A stretch of DNA of 57,341 nt, filler included, from Basidiobolus meristosporus CBS 931.73 (taxonomy: Eukaryota; Fungi; Basidiobolomycota): assembly GCA_002104905.1 (NCBI GenBank). It is 3 parts of 3 records of this genome, joined end to end, with 100 filler letters (N's around TTAATTAATTAA, not from the genome) between each part and the next. Parts side by side here need not be neighbours in the genome. Positions count along the whole stretch, not along the records: positions 46,006 to 57,341 come from MCFE01001276.1; 2 more parts are not named here. One strand, written 5' to 3'. How positions within the stretch are numbered: the stretch's first letter is position 1; every line of letters begins with the position of its first letter. The notes below the pieces were generated by a model, which was given only the letters and a program-made list of their open reading frames with translations, ran no database searches and was not told the DNA's origin. Below are positions 47,944-57,151 of this stretch, piece by piece. The translations under genes and the position numbers were made by a program.

Positions 47944-48425
47944 ATATTCTCCGAGTTTGTTTCGAGCACTAATTGTAAAGGTCGCAATAGACATTATTCA
48001 AGTGTGTTTCTTATTATAACTGTATAGAAATTAAATAAATCATAGAATTATAAAAAAACGACTTGACTATCTCTACCTGGGTGATGCCTTGCTTCCGCTT
48101 CAAATGGATATGACCATTCAAATACACTAAAGCTCAGCTCACCCTAAGCGCAACTAAATGAAGCAGTTAAGAGGACATAGCATGATTACTACAAGAAGTA
48201 GATGGAAGCTTTATTGGCATAGTACCATTTACAAGGATGAAGCAATTATGCACCAGTATCCTACCTTTTCGGTTGACACGGTAAATAGGTGAACATGGCT
48301 TTTAATACCTTTTTGGTAGGGATGGACGCCAATGACTTCTTTAGCTGCTGGGAACTCTACATAGACAATCTCTTTGCTAGGATTAAGATAGACCTCTGCG
48401 GTATAAATTTAAACATCATCAACGT

Positions 48426-48959
48426 TGTTGCAATCTTGCTCCTGTTGTAAGAGTCTTGGAGTTATTGGCAGTGATATGGAGAACAAGTAGATTATGTGGT
48501 TTTCACTTAATGAATTATTGGATGTAAAAGTAGTATCTATACTTTTACATGGTCTTGGCATTACAATCACGTAGAATAGGCTTGCGAGGGCCCAAGAACA
48601 TGTGTGCAAGGTTTGGGCTGTTTGGGCAACCTTGAGAATTTTGATGTTCTGGGTACCAGATATTTTGGTGAAAAATATTACAAGTAAATCCCAATAAGGA
48701 ATTTGGTCAGGTATTCTCCAAGATTTGTAGGTAATGATCTAAGTGACTAAGTTAGGTGAACATTTAGGTGGAATCACAAATTTCTACAACACACCACTCA
48801 ACTAAATGTTCATACTGACTAGTTCTAATTTTGACCTAACATATTCAAACTTGTCTTTAGCTAATGGTTTTGTAGTTATGTCTGTACTCATTTCAGCTGA
48901 AGGACAGTAAACTAAGTTGACTAAGTTATTTTCTATAGCTTCACATATGAGATGATGGG
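48426..48959 (-). mobile_element. Ty1/copia 3' fragment: RNase H C-terminus, PPT and LTR (48426-48791)
   Basis: HHLICEAIENNLVNLVYCPSAEMSTDITTKPLAKDKFEYVRSKL; TTGAGTGGTG tract; TGTTG...CAACA LTR termini; broken at a GGGTTAGGG junction. Confidence 0.8.
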
Positions 48960-48965
48960 TTAGGG

Positions 48966-49155
48966 TATAGGAGTAGTTGTAAGGGCTACAAAGGGTAAGA
49001 AAGCAGGGGGTCTGGGGGACGCAGTCTCCCAGATAATAAAAGAAGCAGGGGGTTTGGGGGATGCAATTCCCCATACTGCTCTTTCTTTAGTAAGATTCCT
49101 TTCAATTTCCTCTGTTTTCCTTACTTTAATTTTATCCTAACCTTTCCTAACCCTA
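48966..49155. repeat. Family D junction element, double G5-hairpin motif, copy 1
   Basis: Two GCAGGGGG(T/C)TGGGGGA(C/T)GCA..CCCC units; begins right after TTAGGG; homolog at 51698. Confidence 0.7.
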
Positions 49156-50738
49156 AACACTTTTTTTTCATTTTTCATTTTTTATTCAAATTACCATAAA
49201 TATTGAAACTTATTCTTTGCTCAATGAGTATTCTTACTATCTCACCATTGATTGTTATCCTTTAAGCCCTTTATCAATATTGAAATAAAAAAACTGAAAA
49301 TCAATTATCCTATAAATTTTAGACCAAATATATAGAAAAGAAATATTATTTACTATATATCATTGCTAAAGTCTAGCTCTTTGCTAATGCATATTTATAT
49401 ATGTTATAACTTACTTAAGACATGTATCATTATATATCAGGTTAAATATTTTTTACTCAAGTTATATATATCACAATAAAATTTATTACAAAAATAAGGA
49501 ACTTTCTGATGTTCATAGCCTAATTATCTTTTTTACACTATTCAATATTATTTTCTTTAAATATTTAGAATACAAGCAATTTGTAAGCCTCTTAATATAT
49601 CTACTAATAAAAGTATTTCATATTTGAAAATTTGAAAATAAATATATTAACAAGAACAATGTTATTTATTGAAAACATCATAAAAAGTTATAATAAATAA
49701 TACCAATTGTTATTTTGTTAAACAGTGGTCATTATTACTTTTGGGCAACCATATGCACATGACTAATGTTACTCATGGATTGATGAATTGAGTTAATTCT
49801 CAGTAGCCCAATTCAAAAATATTTCCTACAATTTTATAGTGAAAAATGACCACATAATATATAATAATTAAGATATTTTTATTATCCAGTGTATGATAAT
49901 ATAAGTTGGTAGAATTACATACTTATAACACATTTAACCTGTGCATCATACACAGCCTGGAGAATATCACTTTATTTCTTATAGATATACCAGCTACACA
50001 AAACACAAGTTGCAGAGTAACAACCATGTGGCATTCAATTGTACAAGAAATCTTGCACCATGAACAAACAGAAAATTGAGAGCACATCTAATCTGCATTG
50101 CATATGTAACTCCAGAATCACCCAACAAATTAGTTTGGTGATTATGCTTCTTTGAAAGCTAAATCAAATGATTGGGTGTTACAAGAGTTGAAAAAAAACA
50201 AGTGTGCAGTGCTAAACTGCTTCAGAAAATCATAACCATGTTCAACATTTATGATTGGAGTGACTTGTATATAACAGAGTAGTTGATAAAGTATTTATTA
50301 TACTTCTGGGTACCAGAGGGTTAGCTTAAATAATAATTATTATATTGTAGATACATCAGATAGTTTGCAGATAGATGAATCAGCAATTGACATTGAAAAA
50401 CTTACAATTGAATGTGGAATAATATGTTAAGAATGAAGTTGGTTTAAAGTAGCAGTGATAATAGCCCAGATTAAAGCAAATATTTGAAATGGCTAGAGTA
50501 TCAGTCAGAGTTGACTAGAAAATAAAGAAATATCTATAATAAGCAGGGTTAGCCAGTTTCATATGAAGCAATGTAGACTTTGATGTTATTCAGTGATTAA
50601 AAGTTTAATAAAGTAGTATAAATAAGGTTCATATTGACATTCAGAAGATAGAAAACAATCAGCCAAGATAATACAAATCAAGATATGAGCTGAAGAGTAC
50701 AAGATCATTATGCAAATCTCCCTACACAAAGAGGAGGT

Positions 50739-51150
50739 TTGCTCTTTAAGAATAGTATTACATGGAAATCAGCCTCTAGTGGTAAAGCACCTGAAAAGAA
50801 ATCAAATAGCGCTAGTAGTGATGTAACTACAAATGAAGAAACAGATACTACTACTACTAAATCAACCTTTGGAAGTATAACACACTTACAAGAGGTCTGC
50901 AGAAGAGGGGCAGAGCAATTGGTTCATCTTTGAAGACAGAGGACAATTGCAATTGAAAAGTTTTGTACTCATCTACAACTGGATCCAACCATGCCACATT
51001 ACCAAGTTCTTTGGGTTGCCTACTTAGATTATGAACAGATGAAGAACAATGAGGCAGAGGCTGATAAATTAACAGCTGATCAGTTGAATGATTTGATTAA
51101 GCAGGCAGAAGAAATGTCTCACAATTGCAATGATAGTCCTTCCACAGGTT
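50739..51150 (+). pseudogene. Degenerate ORF of unknown, probably transposon, origin
   Basis: Frame is open apart from one TGA (CTT-TGA-AGA, likely CGA>TGA) and lies in a CpG-depleted block. No recognisable domain. Confidence 0.35.
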
Positions 51151-51310
51151 AGTATTTAGTATCAGTTGTCATTACATATAGGTATTTATATATGTAGTTT
51201 ATTTTAGAATACAGAGAGTTAGCTCATCTAATCATAAACCAAATCTACAATATCAATATATAATATACATTTCACCAAAGCTTTAATGTAAACCAAAATG
51301 AAGCGTGTTA

Positions 51311-51697
51311 GGGGGAGGGAAAGTCACCAAGGTAGGTGAAATGTTTATTTGATTACAGACAAGTCTAACAACAAATAAAGAAGCCAGCTGGGAATAGAAG
51401 ATTCCCAAAGTAAACACTAAGTTGAATATGAATAAATCTAAGCTAAAGTTAAGGCAGTATCCCAGAGTACACTGGAGTTCAGGTTCATGGGGGAGTGAAG
51501 TAGATAAGCTTGAGAGATATAATAATCGTTGAGGAAGTGGGTAACAGCAGGTGAAGGGGAGTTTTTGATAAGTGAAGTGAATCTTGAGATCAGAGATTCC
51601 TCTAATGAGAAGGTCTTGTAAACTGGAGAATCAGGAAACTCTTTAAAGGCATGGTCAGTAGGTTCCCAGTAAAACTGGTCAGAGACATTTTGAGAGA
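51311..51697 (-). mobile_element. Telomeric family B (ORF1-only), second copy
   Basis: Collinear with 43342-43730; open frame to TAG at 51438-51440; preceded by TTAGGG. Confidence 0.8.
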
Positions 51698-51930
51698 GGG
51701 TGTAGGTGTTATAGTAAGGGCTAGGAAAAGGTTAGAAGAGCAGGGGGTCTGGGGGACGCAGTCCCCTAGAGAATAAAAAAGCAGGGGGTTTGGGGGATGC
51801 ATTCCCCCATACTGCTCCCATACTCTTTAAATTCCCGTTGGATTACTTTTCTCTCATTCTTGGTTCTGGTCCCTTAGGGTTAGAATTCCTCCTTCTAACC
51901 CTTATCACCCTAACCATAAATATTTTTACC
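51698..51930. repeat. Family D junction element, copy 2
   Basis: Same paired G5/hairpin motifs (51740-51768, 51781-51808); degenerate G-strand telomere-like sequence on the left and C-strand-like sequence on the right. Confidence 0.7.
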
Positions 51931-52435
51931 CTACAATTGGCACATTGTCTGCTCATATAGTGGGCATGTCTGGCCCAATATTTGTCTCCCTATACTGTCC
52001 ATATGCTCTGTATAAGTCTTGATGACTATTTAATTAATAAATTGTTATTTTTAATGTATATCTAATAATTAATGGGATTCATCCCAATCTGACCACAATC
52101 CCATATTTTGATAAGCTTTGGGCACCATAAATTGCGCGGCCCTAATATGATAAAAAATTCATGGCCAATACAAATTTTCTGTAACCCAATTGCTTTTACC
52201 AAATATAAAGTGTATCCCAAAGTTCAATATATATTATGGCTATAATAGAAACTTTATTTGACACCATCGCAACTACTACTTATGTTCTATGCACACATGT
52301 ATCCCGCGGGAATTGTAAAACTTAGCCACATGGTACAAAAGTGCTTTTATTTTTCATCATGATAGTTTTACATGAGTTCCTAACGCACTTTGAAAGTACG
52401 CAGTAGCCATACCCCAACAGGTTTTAGGGATGTTA

Positions 52436-52956
52436 GGGGGGAGGAAAGTCACCAAGTGGTGAAATCTTTATTTACTTATGACAAGTATCTAAAGAAGCCA
52501 AGTTAATCTGAAGTAACTCCTAGAAAGCTAGGTCTGAGAGATATCTTCCTGGTAAGCCAGGTGTGAGAGTTGAGAAGCTGAATGGTACTATATTTCCTAG
52601 TTAGCTAGGTCTGAGAGAGGTTTCCTGGAAAGCCAGGCCTGAGAAGTGAGAATCTGAATATATCTGAGCTAAGTTATACTGGTTTACGGTAGCTGGATTG
52701 TGGCTGGAAAGGCCAGTAGACTGGGGGAACTGAGATGAATTTCTGGGCGATCACTGGCCAAATTTACTAGGCAAATCTGGCCAATTAGCATTTCAAGGAT
52801 TTCAGCCAATCAGAGCCTTTACTTTGCCCAATGGTTGATCAAGCCATCTCCCAATGAGCACACATCAATTTATTAATCAAATTTTGCTGGATCCAGGATT
52901 TGAACCCACAACCATGGGTATGGAAGGGTTAGGGATAACCACAAGGCTAAGTGTTC
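52436..52956 (-). mobile_element. Telomeric family C: full-length tRNA-derived SINE (~520 bp)
   Basis: A-box-like TAGCCTTGTGG (52949-52939), B-box GGTTCAAATCC (52906-52896), internal ~62-bp tandem duplication, LINE-type 3' hairpin end fused to TTAGGG. Confidence 0.75.
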
Positions 52957-52963
52957 TTGGTTA

Positions 52964-53279
52964 GGGGGGGAGACAGTCACCAACAGGTGAAATCTTTATT
53001 TCAGTTGAAACAAAGAAGCCAGCGCTACTGTTGTAGCTTTGATACAAGAGTGCGTAGCTGAGGGGAATTTGTAGGTAAGTTAATAAGAAGTGATGATAGT
53101 TCTTCAGTGCTCAAGACACTGTTCAGTGGGAAGGGGGGTAGCAAGAGAGGTAAGAATGACTTGTGAACAACATTAATGAGGGGAATGCGATAAGGATTGA
53201 TATTCATCATAAAGGGAGTGTGCTGCTGCAGATATTGCTGCCAAAGGTCTGTCAAGTACTTCAGGTAGGCCAGCTTGGG
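52964..53279 (-). mobile_element. LINE family A 3' fragment
   Basis: Matches 53482-53798; broken at CAGCTTGGGT. Confidence 0.95.
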
Positions 53280-53282
53280 TTA

Positions 53283-53459
53283 GGGGGGAGGAAAGTCACC
53301 AAGTGGTGAAATCTTTATTTACTTATGACAAGTATCTAAAGAAGCCAAGTTAATCTGAAGTAACTCCTAGAAAGCTAGGTCTGAGAGATATCTTCCTGGT
53401 AAGCCAGGTGTGAGAGTTGAGAAGCTGAGTGGTACTATATTTCCTAGTTAGCTAGGTCT
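53283..53459 (-). mobile_element. Family C SINE, 5' truncated copy
   Basis: Nearly identical to 52436-52610. Confidence 0.85.
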
Positions 53460-53481
53460 TAGGGTTAGGGGTTAGCACTTA

Positions 53482-56400
53482 GGGGGGGAGACAGTCACCA
53501 ACAGGTGAAATCTTTATTTCAGTTGAAACAAAGAAGCCAGCGCTACTGTTGTAGCTTTGATACAAGAGTGTGTAGCTGAGGGGAATTTGTAGGTAAGTTA
53601 ATAAGAAGTGATGATAGTTCTTCAGTGCTCAACACACTGTTCAGTGGGAAGGGGGGTAGCAAGAGAGGTAAGAATGACTTGTGAACAACATTAATGAGGG
53701 GAATGTGATAAGGATTGATATTCATCATAAAGGGAGTGTGCTGCTGCAGATATTGCTGCCAAAGGTCTGTCAAGTACTTCAGGTAGGCCAGCTTGGGTTT
53801 TTCTGACTGCAGAATAAATTCAGCAAACTTCTTGACTTCAGGATCTCCAAGTATAGTTCTCCAGCAGGAGTCAGGTGTAGTGTGGTGTGTTCTCTTCCAG
53901 GCCTTAATCAGTGGGTTGTTGCAGTTGTGAAGTCTGAGGTATAATCTGGTTCTAAGGTAGAGAAGTCTGATCTTGTAGGGCATAAACCCAAAAGCACCAA
54001 GAATAGCATGTCTGTAGGGGCATTCAGGCAAATGAGGCACCAAGGAGGTAATGCACCATACTGCAAACTTGTCAAGCTTAGTGCAGTCTCTAGAAGTAAG
54101 AGAGAGAAGTGGTAAGCCAAATTCCAGGACAGGGAAGACAAATTGCTTGAGTAGAAGGAGGCAGCTTGGAGCTGAAGTTGTAGGAGGAGTAACAGCCAGT
54201 AGCTTGTGGAGTGCCTGTCTTGCCAGGATAATTCTCTTCTTCAGGTGTGCTCCAGAGTCTAGTCCAGTAGGAAGGAAAGGAAAGCCAAGATATGTAGCAG
54301 AAACCTGAGCAGGTAGAGTGGAGTTCTCCAAGTTGATGGGAGAGCCCAAAGGTACTGTCTTTGCAATGGAAAGCTGGAGATTATTCTTCTGCAGATACTG
54401 GTGGATGGTCTGGGAGTCTTGTTGCACATTGGAGGAGGATATTCTGATGTCATCAGCAAAGAGAGTAACCAGGCAGTCAGCTGAGAGTCTTGGGAAATCA
54501 TTCAGGAAGATGGCAAACAGTATAGGACCAAGCACAGAGCCTTGAACCACTCCATTAGGAACTGAGAACACAGCTGATTGCTCACTTGGGTGCAGAATTC
54601 TTGCTTGTGGATCCAGAAACAGAGACCTGACAAGGAGGGTGAGAGAGGTACTGGAGAAGCATTGCAACTTGGACCAAAGCAGATTTCTGTCAACTGAATC
54701 AAAGGCCTTAGTAATATCAAACAGAACTGAGGGATACTTGCACTGGAGAGAGTGATCTTGGCTAAGTATGACTGCATATTCCAAGGAGAGGCCAGGAACA
54801 AAGCCAAACTGTGCAGGATGAAACTTGAGAGAGTCAGAGTAGAGCTCCTGAGCAAGCAGAAGCTCAAACACCTTTCTGCAGGTGGGCAGCAGAGATATTG
54901 GCCTGTAGGAGCTAGGATCCAGGTGCTTTCCTTTACCCTTGTACAGTGGCAGAACATTTGCAAAGGACCATTCCTCAGGAGTAGAAAGCTGGGCTGAGCA
55001 TTGCTGAAACAGTGGAAGCAGAAGTGCAGACATGGCCTTGGTACTAGTCTTCAGAAGCTCATAAGAGATTGTGTCCACACCTGGAGCAGTAGAGTTGGGA
55101 AGCCTCTTGAGCACATTATGGATTCTCCTTTGATCAAGTGCAAGTGGAATGGGCAGAGTCTTGAAGTTAGGATGAAAGCCAGGAGTTGAGTACTGCTTTG
55201 TAGAGAAGAAGATGTTAGCCAGCTGCTCTGTTGAAGGTAACTTCCTGGAAGAGGGCCTCATTGCCCTGTAGAGTCTTGATACTGTTCTTGTTATAGAGTT
55301 GGAAGATTGCAGAGGCAAGGAATTCATAATATGATCCCAGAGCTGAGTATGCAAAGTGTGGTGAATTGCCTTGGAGTGGTGTATTGCTGTCAGGAGGAGT
55401 TTCTCTGTTTTTGGGTTAGGGAAACTCAGGTAGCTTTGTTGCAGGGCTGAAACAATGGATTCCCATTTTCTTGAGGTAACAGCAGTAGTCTTGCATGGCA
55501 GTGAGAGGGAGGCAGACACCAGAATCAGATGCTTCACAAAGAGCCAGGCATAGTTGAGATCATCTGGCAGAGAAAGTAGCAAACTGGCAAGCTTCAAGTA
55601 GTTCCCAAAGTCTTTCTTCTGATTCTTGGTAGCTTTGTGGGTGAGCACAGTAAGTTTTGGCAGCTTCTTCTTCACAACTGGTTGCATAGAAAGGGACCAG
55701 GCTGGGTGGTCAGAGGCTCTCAAGGATCCTAGCTCAGCTCCAGAGAATTGCTTGACTTCATTCACAAAGTAGAGGGCAGCAGCAGAAGGGCAGATCCAGT
55801 CAACACATCTTTTCTCAGATTGAGCACCTAGTGCTAGCAGATGGCTTTCTCTCAGGAAGTTCAGTAGGAATGTAGACCTTGGCTTCATTCTTGCAGTCAG
55901 AGTAGTCTTGTTCTCAGGATGGGGAATGTTGAGATCTCCAAGCAAGATAACAGGCGTTGATATAGATTGTTGGTATTGCTGAACTTTCTGGCATATAACT
56001 TGCACTTCCTGAAGGGCAAGACTTGGAGGCAGATAGCAGAGCACCAGACTGATAGTTGGCAACTGGAGAGCAGCACAGTAAGGGGAGTAAAGAGGAACAC
56101 AGAGCTGAGGAGTATTGATGGTAGAAGAGATGAAGCAGATAGAGGAGGTATTCTTTGTTCTAGGAGTAGAAAAGTAATATAGATTAGTCAAAAGTATAGA
56201 GGGTAGCTGGACATCAATCAAACACAGGAGGGAAAATCTTGAAAGAAGTCTCTCTAGAGTTGGTCTTGATGGCTGTATGCTGTTGCAGTTAAGCAACAGA
56301 ACTTCAGGTAGTCAGGCAGAGGTTGTAGCTTCTTCAGAGGTAGCATTGACAATGTGACCTGCAGAGTCCCAGAGCTCTTCAAATGGTGCATCACTTAAGT

Positions 56401-57148
56401 CAGCAAGGATTGAAATGGCATGATTCTTGAGGAAGTATGCCACATCATAGGAGGGGGCTTGTCTCTTGATGGCAGCAAAGAAAGACAGAATGGCAACATG
56501 GGCTGGAGGCTTGTTGAACAGTAGAGAGTCAGAGGATTCAGATTCTTCAGGCACTATCTTGAAGTCAGTTTTCAGCCAGTTAAGGTTCTTCTCCACAAAG
56601 GCAACAAATGGGTCAGCAATGTTTTGGTCTAGGATAACCTCCAGAATCTTCCCTTTTCTCCAGGCCAGGTTGACAATTCTTGAGAGCTGAATATTGCATG
56701 CCTTGAATGCTTTCCTGATGTTGGAAATGGGAGTCCAGGGAACTTGCTTCAAGTACACCACAGTCCAGGTAGAAGCTGGTGGTAGGTTTGCTGGGGGCTT
56801 GTAAGTCCTTCTGTGTTGCAATGGAGCTGCAGTAGTCAGATTGGAGTCCACATTCTCAGTAGAGGGTTTTCTTGATGTGTCTTGCTGAATGGTACTGGAG
56901 CTGGATGTGTTGATAATTCTTGCTAGAACCTTGCCTGCATAAGTCTGAGGTATAGCTGAGGTGACTGTAGAGGTGGTGGCAGCTGGTGCAGGTGGAGAGG
57001 CAGAAACTGAAGCAGGAACTGAGGTCATCTGGGACAAGGCAGTAGAAGCAGGTTTTCTGGGAGGAACAGAGTTCACTATCCAGTTGTTCTGTAAAACACT
57101 GGAGTAGCTTTTCTGTGGAACAGGATCCTGCTCTTGAACAGGAACAGA
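53482..57148 (-). mobile_element. Telomeric LINE family A, longest copy (ORF1 + EN/RT), 5' end abutting the telomere
   Basis: Two long ORFs, ~60-nt 3' UTR ending in a C-run rather than poly(A), joined to TTAGGG units on both sides. Confidence 0.95.
53543..56311 (-). CDS. LINE ORF2: APE-type endonuclease plus reverse transcriptase
   Basis: EN motifs LLNCNS, LLGDLN, VDWI, SDH; RT motifs PGVDTI, SYRPISLL, QFGF, FDITKAFDSV, GVVQGSVLGP, LFADD. No AUG before the EN domain. Confidence 0.93.
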   Translation of the reverse strand, partial: LPEVLLLNCNSIQPSRPTLERLLSRFSLLCLIDVQLPSILLTNLYYFSTPRTKNTSSICFISSTINTPQLCVPLYSPYCAALQLPTISLVLCYLPPSLALQEVQVICQKVQQYQQSISTPVILLGDLNIPHPENKTTLTARMKPRSTFLLNFLRESHLLALGAQSEKRCVDWICPSAAALYFVNEVKQFSGAELGSLRASDHPAWSLSMQPVVKKKLPKLTVLTHKATKNQKKDFGNYLKLASLLLSLPDDLNYAWLFVKHLILVSASLSLPCKTTAVTSRKWESIVSALQQSYLSFPNPKTEKLLLTAIHHSKAIHHTLHTQLWDHIMNSLPLQSSNSITRTVSRLYRAMRPSSRKLPSTEQLANIFFSTKQYSTPGFHPNFKTLPIPLALDQRRIHNVLKRLPNSTAPGVDTISYELLKTSTKAMSALLLPLFQQCSAQLSTPEEWSFANVLPLYKGKGKHLDPSSYRPISLLPTCRKVFELLLAQELYSDSLKFHPAQFGFVPGLSLEYAVILSQDHSLQCKYPSVLFDITKAFDSVDRNLLWSKLQCFSSTSLTLLVRSLFLDPQARILHPSEQSAVFSVPNGVVQGSVLGPILFAIFLNDFPRLSADCLVTLFADDIRISSSNVQQDSQTIHQYLQKNNLQLSIAKTVPLGSPINLENSTLPAQVSATYLGFPFLPTGLDSGAHLKKRIILARQALHKLLAVTPPTTSAPSCLLLLKQFVFPVLEFGLPLLSLTSRDCTKLDKFAVWCITSLVPHLPECPYRHAILGAFGFMPYKIRLLYLRTRLYLRLHNCNNPLIKAWKRTHHTTPDSCWRTILGDPEVKKFAEFILQSEKPKLAYLKYLTDLWQQYLQQHTPFMMNINPYHIPLINVVHKSFLPLLLPPFPLNSVLSTEELSSLLINLPTNSPQLHTLVSKLQQ

Positions 57149-57151
57149 GGG
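56312..57151 (-). CDS. LINE ORF1 (Gag-like), 5' truncated
   Basis: Frame is open from the telomere junction (PSVPVQEQDPVPQKSYSSVL...) to TGA at 56312-56314; S/T/P-rich N-terminal part, SYSSV and TYAGKV motifs, no CCHC. Confidence 0.8.
   Translation of the reverse strand, partial: PSVPVQEQDPVPQKSYSSVLQNNWIVNSVPPRKPASTALSQMTSVPASVSASPPAPAATTSTVTSAIPQTYAGKVLARIINTSSSSTIQQDTSRKPSTENVDSNLTTAAPLQHRRTYKPPANLPPASTWTVVYLKQVPWTPISNIRKAFKACNIQLSRIVNLAWRKGKILEVILDQNIADPFVAFVEKNLNWLKTDFKIVPEESESSDSLLFNKPPAHVAILSFFAAIKRQAPSYDVAYFLKNHAISILADLSDAPFEELWDSAGHIVNATSEEATTSA

Noticed and set aside
49980-50300. Possible MULE/FAR1-type remnant (C...ENHNH)
   Set aside because: Too degenerate, with multiple stops; a single short motif is insufficient.
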